A stretch of 64,000 nt of DNA from Gloeobacterales cyanobacterium (lineage in GTDB: Bacteria > Cyanobacteriota > Cyanobacteriia > Gloeobacterales > Anthocerotibacteraceae), in assembly GCA_038226175.1 (NCBI GenBank), contig JBBRQP010000008.1:2711-66710 (forward strand). Reading direction: 5' to 3'. Positions 47,633 through 56,450 of the stretch are shown here, in pieces. The stretch's first letter is position 1. Each line of letters starts with the position of its first letter. Both the position numbers and the translations under genes were made by a program. Below the pieces are notes generated by a model that searched no databases, was not told where the DNA came from, and worked only from the letters and a program-made list of their open reading frames with translations.

Positions 47633-48301
47633 ATGGACATCATCAAAGGTTTTTTTGAAAATCTCCAACCCATCCTCCAATCCTTCTTGGAAACTTATGG
47701 TTATAGCGTTGTTGCGCTAGTGATCTTTTTAGAAAATGCTGGTTTGCCTGTACCCGGTGAAACGACGTTAATTTTGGCTAGTGCGCTTTCGGCCAAAAAT
47801 GCGGCCTTATCTTTTCCTCTAGTTTTATTGGCGGCTGTAACTGGCGCGATTTTGGGCGATAATATGGGCTATTTTTTGGGTCGTCGGTACGGACGAGGAC
47901 TGATCCTTACTTATGGGAAATTTCTTGGTTTGACAGCGCCTAAATTTGAGAAAGCCGAAAAATCTTTTCTCAAAAATAGTGCCGCGGCAGTATTTGTGGG
48001 TCGCTTTATCTTTTTATTACGGGTACTAGCTGGACCATTAGCTGGGATTACCGAAATGCCTTGGCCTAAATTTTTTCTGTTTAATAGTCTTGGTGCCATA
48101 ACTTGGGCTTCTATCATTGGCACTACCGCTTATTTCTTTGGTGAGAAGATGGGAGAGGTTTTTAAAGACTTGGGGATTTGGGCAGCAGTAATTTTGATTG
48201 GCGCTATTGTTATATTTTCTCTGGGACGCGAATTTTGGGAAGAGCGCAAACTCAAACGTGAACTGGAAGCTGACAAAAAAAATGAGTTGCCAAAAAAATA
48301 A
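47633..48301 (+). CDS. DedA family membrane protein
   Basis: It has FLENAGLPVPGETTLI and the G...GR motif (LGDNMGYFLGRRYG) typical of DedA/SNARE-associated proteins. The ATG at 47633 is preferred; the ORF is open from the TTG at 47624. Confidence 0.85.
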   Translation: MDIIKGFFENLQPILQSFLETYGYSVVALVIFLENAGLPVPGETTLILASALSAKNAALSFPLVLLAAVTGAILGDNMGYFLGRRYGRGLILTYGKFLGLTAPKFEKAEKSFLKNSAAAVFVGRFIFLLRVLAGPLAGITEMPWPKFFLFNSLGAITWASIIGTTAYFFGEKMGEVFKDLGIWAAVILIGAIVIFSLGREFWEERKLKRELEADKKNELPKK

Positions 48302-48361
48302 TCTTGCGACTGCAAGTGATGTGTGATACTTTAATCCTGCCCTAATCAAAAGTTAATAACG

Positions 48362-49111
48362 TACTCAAAAACAGCTTTTTCCCTTTGCCTAGTAGCAGTT
48401 ACTTTGTGTCTTGCAGCAGCACCAGCTCAAACCAAAGAAGGTATCTATTTTGGTTTTGGCGCAGGGTCAACTGCTTTGACTAGCCAAAATGTTAAAACTT
48501 TGGGCACCCCTTTTGTGAGTGTGACTGCTATGCCTAACTGAAATGTCACAACCTATGACAATGGCTTAATTAGCTATACTACTGGCTGTAGTCTCAATGG
48601 CATTCTTGGTTATGCCTTCAAAAGCGGTGTTCGTCTCGAAGGACAACGCACCTATGCCAATAACTCGGTGAGTGGTGCCAACCATGGTGGTAACTTGACT
48701 AAGCTGATTGGCTTACTTAAAGTAGCCTACGATATCCCGACCGGAAGCGCATTTGAGCCCTATGTCAGTCCAGGTATTGGCTTTTCTAACTTGCAAGCGC
48801 AAAACTTACAAACTTCAATTTTGACATCTACAACCACCACTACGTTTACGCCAATTCCAAGTGCATTTCAAAGTAGCCGTAGTACTCAGACGACACCGGA
48901 CAACTGGGTAGTTAATGACAATGCAACGGTGTTTGCTTATACGGCTGGCGTGGGCCTGGGCTATGTTATTGATCCGGCATTTATCATCAGGCTCGGCTAC
49001 GAATTTATTGGTACCTCTAGTGGCTCACTGCGTAACAACTTTGGCACGAAGAGTTCTATTGATGCAACAAACTTGAATTCGTTGCAATTAGGGGTACAGG
49101 TCGCCTTCTAA
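48362..49111 (+). pseudogene. Small outer-membrane beta-barrel protein (OmpA-like/OmpW-like porin family) with lost start and an in-frame TGA
   Basis: Frame 2 reads ...AFSLCLVAVTLCLAAAPAQTKEGIYFGFGAGS...VTAMPN*(TGA 48539)NVTTYDNG...LGYAFKSGVRLEGQRTY...LQLGVQVAF. It has a signal-peptide-like N-terminus and alternating beta-strand pattern, and ends in F. There is no start codon between the upstream stop (48332) and the signal segment. Confidence 0.55.
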
Positions 49112-49149
49112 ATTGTGGTGAGCCTGCTCAAATTTGATACACTTTGCCT

Positions 49150-50178
49150 ATGCAAGAAGCCCTTTATGCTCTGTTAGAAAAACTCGTTCTTTTACATGCA
49201 CCGAGTGGCGATGAACGCGAAATCGACCAATTTTTATTGACCTATTTGCACCTATTTAAGCCTTGGCAGGATGAAGCCGGTAATGTGATTCTGCATCTAC
49301 CCGGTCAGCAATCAGACCAACCGATTGCCATCACGGCGCACAAAGACGAGATCGGGATGATGGTGCAGCAAGTGGAAGCTGATGGCCGTCTTAGGCTATG
49401 CCGTCTAGGAGGGACTTTTCCCTGGATCTATGGCGAAGGTGTCGTGGATATCCTCGCTCACAAACAGACTATCTCCGGTATTCTTTCCTTTGGGGCGCGG
49501 CATGTCTCTCACCAGTCACCCCAAAAAGCCCAGCAACTTGAAGCCTCCCTCAAATGGGAACATACCTGGGTCGAAACTTTTCTCAGCCTAGCTCAACTCA
49601 GTGAACTAGGCGTACAGCCTGGCACCCGAGTTGTCATCGGCAAACACCGTAAACATCCGTTGCGTATGGGAGACCGGGTAGCAAGTTATGCGCTAGATAA
49701 CAAAGCTGCGATAGCGGTACTGCTCCTATTGGTTGAACACTTACCGCTACTTAAGCGTGATACCTATTTTATTTTCTCGTCTCAGGAAGAAATCGGTGGT
49801 TTAGGAGCGTTACACTTTACCCACCGTAGGGCAATCAGCGAATTGATAGCCCTGGAGGTGACCCCGATTGCACCCGAATATCCCCTGGTATTTAACGACC
49901 AACCCGTACTCCTTAGTGGTGATAGTTATAGTTGTTATGACCTAGGACTCAATCACCGTCTGACCCAAGCTGCTCAGCAGTGCGGGGTTGGGCTACAGCA
50001 AGCGGTCTTAAGCGGATTTGGCTCTGATGCTTCACTCGTCGTCAAAAGTGGTCATGTGGCCCAAACAGCTTGTCTAGGTTTTCCGACGCTCAATACCCAT
50101 GGCTACGAAATCACCCATCTCAGTGCCTTATTAAATCTACTTAAAGTGCTGCAAACTTATTTGCAACCCACGGCATAA
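49150..50178 (+). CDS. M42 family metallopeptidase (glutamyl aminopeptidase/FrvX-like)
   Basis: It has PSGDEREI, AITAHKDEIGMMV (an H.DE.G motif), LDNKAA and SSQEEIG motifs. Confidence 0.8.
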   Translation: MQEALYALLEKLVLLHAPSGDEREIDQFLLTYLHLFKPWQDEAGNVILHLPGQQSDQPIAITAHKDEIGMMVQQVEADGRLRLCRLGGTFPWIYGEGVVDILAHKQTISGILSFGARHVSHQSPQKAQQLEASLKWEHTWVETFLSLAQLSELGVQPGTRVVIGKHRKHPLRMGDRVASYALDNKAAIAVLLLLVEHLPLLKRDTYFIFSSQEEIGGLGALHFTHRRAISELIALEVTPIAPEYPLVFNDQPVLLSGDSYSCYDLGLNHRLTQAAQQCGVGLQQAVLSGFGSDASLVVKSGHVAQTACLGFPTLNTHGYEITHLSALLNLLKVLQTYLQPTA

Positions 50179-50265
50179 TGTATTGCAGATTACATCGGAT
50201 CGGTAATCTACCTTGATTCAGGCTCTGAAACTATTTATCATAGAAAGTGAAGCATTGTCTCCATT

Positions 50266-51639
50266 GTGCAGAAACAACAAATTTTATTTGTCTGTCTGGG
50301 TAATATTTGTCGTTCACCCATGGCTGAGTGCATCATGAATGACCTAGTTACGCAAGCAGGTCTAGCGTCTACGATTAGCTGTGATTCAGCGGGTACGTCG
50401 AGTTATCATTTGGGCAATTCCCCCGACCGCCGCATGGTGTCAGCTGCACGCCAGCGGGGTCTTACACTAAGGGGTACTGCCCGTCAAATTACCGCAGCCG
50501 ACTTAGCCAAATTTGACTTGATCGTGGCGATGGATCGTGAAAATTACAACGATATTTTGGCTCTTGACCCAGTAGAACAGTACCATCACAAAGTAAAAAT
50601 GATGGTGACATTTTTCCAGGAACACACGCTTAAAGAAATTCCCGATCCCTATTTGAGCCGCGGTACGGATGGGTTTAATCACGTCATTGATTTACTCACC
50701 GATGCTTGTGGTGGCCTGCTCGAACAGCTGCAATTAACACTACCAGAAGACCCCCTCTGGACACAAATTACCAAAGAAATTAGCGAGGTAACCAGTCAAC
50801 CCTTTACAATCAAAAATCGGCGGTCTATTACCGGAGGTTCGATTAATCAAGCCCATCTCGTAATGGATGACCAGCGGCGTTACTTTGTGAAACTCAATCA
50901 AGCTTGTCATAGTGATTTGTTTGAGGCTGAACAAGCCGCTTTAGAGTATTTACGCAGTACCAACGTTATCCGTTTACCCCAACCAATTACCCATGGTATA
51001 GTCGCTGATCAGTCTTATTTGGTTATGGAATGGATTGACTTTAGTAACGAACGTAAATGGGAAGACCTAGGCCGTCAACTAGCGCAACTCCATCGCCTGA
51101 CTGGTAAAGCCTATGGTTGGTTTCGGGATAACCATATCGGTCTTACGCCACAAACTAATACTTGGACTAGCGATTGGGGTAAGTTCTTTATGGAGCAACG
51201 TCTCGGTTACCAACTCCAGCTCGCTAAGACTAAGGGCTTTGATATGCCCCGTATTCCACAGTTGTTAAGTCTAGGCGCAAAAATTTTTGCAGGTCATCAG
51301 CCTGCGCCATCTTTGGTACATGGAGATTTACATTCGGGTAATGTTGGCTTTACAGTCACGGGTGAACCGGTGATGTTTGATCCAGCACCTTACTTTGGTG
51401 ACCGCGAAGTGGATTTAGCCATGACAGATTTATTTGGCGGGTTCCCTAGTGCCTTCAAGCAAGGCTATCAACAGGTGTATCCTCTCGAACCGGGCTATAG
51501 TGGACGCAAAAATATTTATAACCTTTACCATGTACTCAATCATTTCAATCTCTTCGGTAATAGTTACCGTGGTGAAGCTGAATCTCTGATTGGACAAATT
51601 GTGCGCGATTGGTCAGAGCCTATCATCAAAAAGGGCTAA
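50266..51639 (+). CDS. Fusion protein: low-molecular-weight protein-tyrosine phosphatase (N-terminal) plus fructosamine/ketosamine-3-kinase family (C-terminal)
   Basis: The N-terminal domain has ILFVCLGNICRSPMAE (the CX5R(S) P-loop) and a DPY general-acid motif. The C-terminal domain has HGDLHSGNV and FDPAPYFGDREVDLAMT, typical of the FN3K/YniA family. GTG start, 457 aa. Confidence 0.8.
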   Translation: MQKQQILFVCLGNICRSPMAECIMNDLVTQAGLASTISCDSAGTSSYHLGNSPDRRMVSAARQRGLTLRGTARQITAADLAKFDLIVAMDRENYNDILALDPVEQYHHKVKMMVTFFQEHTLKEIPDPYLSRGTDGFNHVIDLLTDACGGLLEQLQLTLPEDPLWTQITKEISEVTSQPFTIKNRRSITGGSINQAHLVMDDQRRYFVKLNQACHSDLFEAEQAALEYLRSTNVIRLPQPITHGIVADQSYLVMEWIDFSNERKWEDLGRQLAQLHRLTGKAYGWFRDNHIGLTPQTNTWTSDWGKFFMEQRLGYQLQLAKTKGFDMPRIPQLLSLGAKIFAGHQPAPSLVHGDLHSGNVGFTVTGEPVMFDPAPYFGDREVDLAMTDLFGGFPSAFKQGYQQVYPLEPGYSGRKNIYNLYHVLNHFNLFGNSYRGEAESLIGQIVRDWSEPIIKKG

Positions 51640-52295
51640 AAGTGATAACACAAAAACAACTCATCCCCAATCTGTCGCTGTGCCACTAGCCGTCCTCTAG
51701 GCCAAGGATTAAGACTTGCTCCTTCGGTCGGGGTTGGTGCATCAGTGCCTGAGACCAAGACCGGACAGAGTGTCAACCATAATTCATCTACTAATCCCTG
51801 AGCAAAAAATTGGGCCACGATTTGCCCGCCCCCCAACAAAGTTAGGTGATTGATGCCCGAGGTTTTGAGATGTTCTAGGGCTGCTGCAAAATCCACACCT
51901 GCTGCATCCCCAAACTTGAGGATCTGTCCATAAGCTGCGTAGGTCTGCTCTTGCTCAGGCGTAATACTGCCAGTTAAAAAAGCTCTTGGTAGAGGCTGCC
52001 GAAAAAATAAACCATCTAAGGGTAAGTTTAGCGTGCGTGAAGCAATAATCGCCAGCGGTTGTGGGTCTTGACCACGGGCTTGACGCTGGGCCAGCAATTC
52101 GGGATTTTGTACCAAAAAAGCACTGCTATAAGCGCGCAGAGTGCCAGCACCAAGTAGCACGGCATCGGCACGGCTCACTTCAGTTTCGAGATGGGCACGG
52201 TCATGCTCAGAAGGAAAACTAGGACGCTGATTACGTCCGGGGCTAAGTTTGCCATCAAGGCTCATAGCGAGGACTAAACTTACCCAAGGTCGCAT
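51636..52295 (-). CDS. RibD C-terminal domain / dihydrofolate-reductase-like reductase
   Basis: It has VLAMSLDGKLS, VLLGAGTLR and LLGGGQI motifs. 219 aa. Confidence 0.75.
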   Translation of the reverse strand: MRPWVSLVLAMSLDGKLSPGRNQRPSFPSEHDRAHLETEVSRADAVLLGAGTLRAYSSAFLVQNPELLAQRQARGQDPQPLAIIASRTLNLPLDGLFFRQPLPRAFLTGSITPEQEQTYAAYGQILKFGDAAGVDFAAALEHLKTSGINHLTLLGGGQIVAQFFAQGLVDELWLTLCPVLVSGTDAPTPTEGASLNPWPRGRLVAQRQIGDELFLCYHF

Positions 52296-52741
52296 GTTTT
52301 GAGATACTCCCGTAAGACGCGTTCTTGATGTTTATCCGGTGAGGCGACCGGATGCGTGGTTTGTACCAATTGTAATCCGGCCTCATAGGGGATGCACATC
52401 GTCTGGCAGACATAGGCAATACACATCGAGCTTGAGCGTCCAATCCCAGCTAAACAATGAACATAGAGGGTATTGTTTTTTTGCCGCCAGCGTTGGAGGG
52501 TTTTGACACCCTCAGTAAACTGGCGCACCTCTGGAATACCTCCGGTCATGCCATCAGGAATCGGCAACCGTTGCCAAACAAAGTTATGGCGGATTTCCAT
52601 GGGCAAATCACCTTCTTTTTCTTCCGTCAAAGACAGTACTGCCGTGATCCCACGGTCTTGCAAGTACAAACTACTTGAGCGAGAAGGAATGGCACCGACG
52701 GCCAAATGATTGCGAAAAATCCAAGAGAAGCGTTGTGGCAT
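52280..52741 (-). CDS. Dual-specificity (Cys-based) protein phosphatase
   Basis: It has the active-site loop VHCLAGIGRSS (HCX5R[ST]). 153 aa. It overlaps the downstream reductase gene by 16 nt. Confidence 0.8.
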   Translation of the reverse strand: MPQRFSWIFRNHLAVGAIPSRSSSLYLQDRGITAVLSLTEEKEGDLPMEIRHNFVWQRLPIPDGMTGGIPEVRQFTEGVKTLQRWRQKNNTLYVHCLAGIGRSSSMCIAYVCQTMCIPYEAGLQLVQTTHPVASPDKHQERVLREYLKTCDLG

Positions 52742-52838
52742 GACTCAAATACAAAGTTATTACTACAATAACGGCAAAACAGACTACGCATGCCTCGTGT
52801 AATCCGTTATTCTAAAACCAGCGTGCCGTGGATTTGTG

Positions 52839-53015
52839 ATGTGTACCCAATTCGTTGAACTAGAGATGGCTCTCAGCCCCCTATCGGAACTTATCCCAGA
52901 AATTGAAGCCCAACTCAATCAAGAAGGTGCATACTTGCGCTGGGCAATCACAAAAATCGAACAGGAACGGGTAACTGTAGAAGCAGCACTCTTGATACAG
53001 TCAAAGCGCAGCTAA
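52839..53015 (+). CDS. Possible small protein (58 aa), below the ORF-track cutoff
   Basis: It runs from the ATG at 52839 (a GTG lies at 52836) to the TAA at 53013-53015. It reads MCTQFVELEMALSPLSELIPEIEAQLNQEGAYLRWAITKIEQERVTVEAALLIQSKRS and fills an otherwise empty 280-nt gap. I recognise no motif. Confidence 0.25.
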   Translation: MCTQFVELEMALSPLSELIPEIEAQLNQEGAYLRWAITKIEQERVTVEAALLIQSKRS

Positions 53016-53025
53016 ATCAAAAACT

Positions 53026-53106
53026 TGCCGATGGTCAGACTCGAACTGACAAGGGTTGCCCCATTCGATTTTGAGTCGAACGCGTCTACCATTCCACCAC
53101 ATCGGC
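53026..53106 (-). tRNA. tRNA-Leu (CAA)
   Basis: The reverse complement folds as acceptor GCCGATG/CATCGGC, anticodon arm TTCGA-CTCAAAA-TCGAA, a long variable arm TGGGGCAACCCTT, and T-arm GTCAG-TTCGAGT-CTGAC. 81 nt, with no intron. Confidence 0.9.
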
Positions 53107-53127
53107 TTGGAATATCAATATTACCAG

Positions 53128-53691
53128 CTAACTAACCCGTTCTTCAAGCCCAAAACCAATTAAAAGTGGCTCAGTCGGCTGACCGATTTCTGGGCGACGG
53201 TAATTGACGATACGCCGTACCCGCACATTGGGATTGAGGAAGGTAATCGAATCTACTGATACGACTCGACTGTAGGGTGTAGTCATGAGCATCTCAGCGC
53301 GCTCAGCGTCATAGCGAAACTGAGATACCAAAGGGCGATTTTCTTCGTAAGCCCGGTCACGCAGATAAAGCCCCGAACTAACAGCTCCGAGTACTTGAGT
53401 GGGGATAAACAAAATATTTAGGGACATAGCTGTACGCTCGCCAGTTTCCGAGAGGGTTTTAAAAGATAAATAGAAGCCATCAGCTTGCGCTAGGTGAGGA
53501 TCGTCATTGTCAGCTGCGGATTGTTGGTTATCTTCGAGGACTTTTTGGCGGCCTGCGGCTGACAACGGACGAATCTCATAATCGGTATGAGAGCGCTCAA
53601 CCCGATGTTCGGGTAAATAGTGATAGGTGCGCTCGATGGCCCAACCCCCTAAGCACTGTTCCAAAAAATCAGTTAACGTTAGCTGCTGCAT
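53128..53691 (-). CDS. Phycobiliprotein lyase, CpcS/CpeS-family paralog
   Basis: The N-terminal FLEQCLGGWAIERTYHYL fits the same F...G.W..R..H.L signature as the gene at 19086. 187 aa. Confidence 0.6.
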   Translation of the reverse strand: MQQLTLTDFLEQCLGGWAIERTYHYLPEHRVERSHTDYEIRPLSAAGRQKVLEDNQQSAADNDDPHLAQADGFYLSFKTLSETGERTAMSLNILFIPTQVLGAVSSGLYLRDRAYEENRPLVSQFRYDAERAEMLMTTPYSRVVSVDSITFLNPNVRVRRIVNYRRPEIGQPTEPLLIGFGLEERVS

Positions 53692-53859
53692 GATAGCCTC
53701 CTAATTTAAGTTTAAGCCAAAGTGACACAACCAGAGTTTACGCGCTACACTGGGCTAAACCATGCTCAAAAAAACAAATTTCATGTCTACAAGCAGAGTT
53801 TACCCCCCCAAAACTGCATATGCTTTTAGCTCTTTAGCTTACTGCGGCGTACCCGAAAC

Positions 53860-54456
53860 ATGACAGCAAATCACGAAGAACTGACCCCGACTAATGTATT
53901 TGAGAATGGAGCATCATCTCAAGCGGTGTATCTCGAAACGGGGGGTAATCTGACTAAGGTACGCGATATTTTGTTTGGCAGCCAGATGCGTGAGTATGAA
54001 AAAAGATTTGCCCGTCTCGAAGAAAGCCTTGCCCGTGAAACCGCTGATCTCAAAAACGACTTGAGACTAAAACATAGCTTTTTGGAAAACCAGCTCAAAA
54101 AGGAATTAGAAACCTTAGGCGACCGGATCAAAATCGAACAACGTGAACGCACCGAAGCCCTAAGAGATCTCAGCCGTGAACTGCGCGATGACTTACGCAC
54201 CCTCAGTAAAAATGTCGCGCAACTTGATGACCAGATGATCCAGTCCAATCGGGATCTACAGCAACAATTGCTGGATCAAGTACGGCAACTCACCGACCAG
54301 ATCGAATTTAAAGTGACGGGCTTGACCAATCGTCTCGAACGCCAGACTACAGAATTGGGCGGTGATAAAGTCGGTCGGTTTAATCTCGCCAATCTACTCA
54401 CGGAGATGGCGATGCGGCTCAATGAAGAACTGGATCTATCCCCTGATGGGAGTTAA
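53860..54456 (+). CDS. Coiled-coil protein (198 aa), function unknown
   Basis: Heptad-like, charge-rich sequence runs through most of its length (RFARLEESLARETADLKNDL...LRDLSRELRDDLRTLSKNVAQLDDQ...). Confidence 0.5.
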   Translation: MTANHEELTPTNVFENGASSQAVYLETGGNLTKVRDILFGSQMREYEKRFARLEESLARETADLKNDLRLKHSFLENQLKKELETLGDRIKIEQRERTEALRDLSRELRDDLRTLSKNVAQLDDQMIQSNRDLQQQLLDQVRQLTDQIEFKVTGLTNRLERQTTELGGDKVGRFNLANLLTEMAMRLNEELDLSPDGS

Positions 54457-54473
54457 TTTGTCGGCACCCTACC

Positions 54474-55742
54474 ATGGACCACCCCCCTTCAGATTCAGCT
54501 CCTGAGTCTTTAGAATACGCGCTTGACGAACTGCGAGCTTTGCTAGTCGGATCCGAGCAAGACCGACTAGTTCGGCTGCAAGACCGCCTCGATAATCCTC
54601 AAAATTTTGCCCAAGAAGTCAGCCAGGTTTTACCTGATGCCCTCCAGCTCGGTCGTGCTCGTAATCGGCAACTTTTGCAAGCGCTACTGCCTTTACTCGA
54701 AGAAGCCCTGCTGCTTTCGGTCAAAAAGAACCCGCGTATCTTAATTGATATTTTGTTCCCGATTATCGGGCCGGTGATTCGTAAAAGTATCGCGCAGGCT
54801 CTACAAGGTGTTACCCAGTCTTTAAACCGTACTCTAGAGTTGAGTTTGTCAGCTCAGAGTTGGCGTTGGCGTTGGGAGGCTTGGCGTACTGGTACATCCT
54901 TTGCCGAGGTTGTCTTGGTGCGGACACTGATCTTTCGGGTAGAGCAAATTTTGCTGATCCATCGCGAGACCGGATTATTGCTCGAACAACTGGGTAACAA
55001 GCTCGAAGATGCGGATCTGGTCTCAGGGATGTTGACAGCTATTCAAGATTTTGTGAACACAGCTTTTCAGGCTAAAGCAGGTAGCGAGCTTGATACCTTA
55101 CAGATGGGTGATCTTACGGTTTGGATTGAAGTGGGGCCCAAGGCTGTTATTGCCGCGGTTGTGCGTAATACGCCACCCCATACCCTACGTGCCACACTCA
55201 AAGAAGCGATCGAAGACCTCCATGTCTGCCATGGCGAAGAACTAAACAATTTCCAAGGCCAAGCCTTTGCGGTCAATCAAGAAGTGCTGCAATCAGAGTA
55301 TGGCATCAATAAACCAGCTGCTGCCGCCATCCCTCGACTCAAATGGCCTTACTCGCGCCAAGTTGTGGGTCTGGCCGTTAGCTTAGGGCTGGCTCTGCTG
55401 CTATGGCGTGGCCTGATACAGGTACAGCACCAGCACGCTTGGCAAACCTATGTCAACCAATTGCGTAGTACTGCTGGACTAGTTGTGGTTTATACCAACG
55501 AACAAAATGGCACTTATATGATTTCAGGATTACGTGATCCTCTAGCTCAAGATCCGCAAACTTTGCTCACCAATAGTGGCCTCGACCCCGCCCAGATCAT
55601 CAGTAATTGGGAGCCTTATCAATCGCTACAGCCGTCCTTTGTACTTAAACGCGCCCAAGCTCTTTTACAGCCACCACCCGGGGTTACCCTAAGTCTTAAG
55701 GATGGTATTCTTTACACCCAGGGTTCTGTCTTACCTAGTTAG
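54474..55742 (+). CDS. Membrane protein (422 aa) with a cytoplasmic alpha/beta region and one central TM segment
   Basis: It starts 17 nt after the coiled-coil gene. The TM segment is VVGLAVSLGLALLLW. I recall the conserved-looking block HRETGLLLEQLG...DLVSGMLTAIQDFVNTAF...VWIEVGPKAVIAAVVRNTPP from proteins that often end in an OmpA/MotB-like domain; that domain is absent here. Confidence 0.5.
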   Translation: MDHPPSDSAPESLEYALDELRALLVGSEQDRLVRLQDRLDNPQNFAQEVSQVLPDALQLGRARNRQLLQALLPLLEEALLLSVKKNPRILIDILFPIIGPVIRKSIAQALQGVTQSLNRTLELSLSAQSWRWRWEAWRTGTSFAEVVLVRTLIFRVEQILLIHRETGLLLEQLGNKLEDADLVSGMLTAIQDFVNTAFQAKAGSELDTLQMGDLTVWIEVGPKAVIAAVVRNTPPHTLRATLKEAIEDLHVCHGEELNNFQGQAFAVNQEVLQSEYGINKPAAAAIPRLKWPYSRQVVGLAVSLGLALLLWRGLIQVQHQHAWQTYVNQLRSTAGLVVVYTNEQNGTYMISGLRDPLAQDPQTLLTNSGLDPAQIISNWEPYQSLQPSFVLKRAQALLQPPPGVTLSLKDGILYTQGSVLPS

Positions 55743-55855
55743 CGGCTTAAGGCTCGTAAACTATTACCTGCGCTTGTGGGTATTCAGCAAATACCCGAGT
55801 AAAGTTATAGTAAACAAAACCACAAATTGACGGCTACATGCTCAGGGGTAGATTA

Positions 55856-56368
55856 ATGATTCAGAAAAAAGCCTGTCTTCTAGGTGCTGCTGCTGTAGGT
55901 AAAACCAGCCTAGTTGCACGTTTTGTAAAGGGTGATTTTTCCGAGGCTTATCTCGCTACGATCGGAGTCAAAATTGATAAGCGTATAGTACAAGTTGAGC
56001 AAGAACAAGTCAATCTTATCCTCTGGGATATTTCGGCACAAGAAGAGTTTGAAAAAGTTAAAGGGTTATATCTTGGTGGTTCCTCAGGGTATTTACTAGT
56101 AGCCGACAGCACCCGGCCTCAGACCTTAGACTGGATCAAAGAAAATTACGATGAAGTACAGCAACGTTTAGGCAATATTCCTTTTGTGTTAGTACTCAAT
56201 AAAGTTGATCTATCCACAACAAAACAATTTAGTGATGAACAGCTTGAGCCCTATCGACGTCTGGGCTGGACTATCCTACGCAGTAGTGCCAAGACTGGCG
56301 CAGGTGTGGCTGAAGCATTTCAAATCTTAGCCGAAAAAATGTTGGCACCGCCCGGTTTACAAAAATAA
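55856..56368 (+). CDS. Ras/Rab-like small GTPase
   Basis: G1 is GAAAVGKTS, G4 is NKVD and G5 is SAK. G3 reads WDISAQEEF rather than DTAGQE. The ORF is open from 55838; the Met at 55856 gives a canonical distance to the P-loop. Confidence 0.8.
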   Translation: MIQKKACLLGAAAVGKTSLVARFVKGDFSEAYLATIGVKIDKRIVQVEQEQVNLILWDISAQEEFEKVKGLYLGGSSGYLLVADSTRPQTLDWIKENYDEVQQRLGNIPFVLVLNKVDLSTTKQFSDEQLEPYRRLGWTILRSSAKTGAGVAEAFQILAEKMLAPPGLQK

Positions 56369-56450
56369 CAACTTAGTGACGTTATTCCGAGAATATACGG
56401 AAACCATCTAAAATAGGCAGTGGCTTGCACATAGCCGGGGAAAACAGTAG

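Noticed and set aside
48539-48541. The in-frame TGA in the small OMP gene as a possible selenocysteine or programmed read-through codon.
   Set aside because: I see no SECIS-like hairpin immediately downstream. The protein class (an outer-membrane barrel) has no known selenoproteins. The gene also lacks a start codon. A TGG-to-TGA nonsense mutation is the simpler explanation.
47420-53110. tRNA-Met(CAU) and tRNA-Leu(CAA) as integration sites for a mobile element.
   Set aside because: There is no integrase or recombinase gene, and I saw no duplicated tRNA 3' fragment near either tRNA. The flanking genes are ordinary chromosomal genes.
55740-55802. The TAG stop of the 422-aa membrane protein is followed by 19 in-frame sense codons (RLKARKLLPALVGIQQIPE) before TAA. 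I considered stop-codon read-through or a truncated gene that has lost a C-terminal OmpA-like domain.
   Set aside because: The extension is short and shows no domain. My memory that homologs carry an extra C-terminal domain cannot be verified here. It is recorded only as a possibility.
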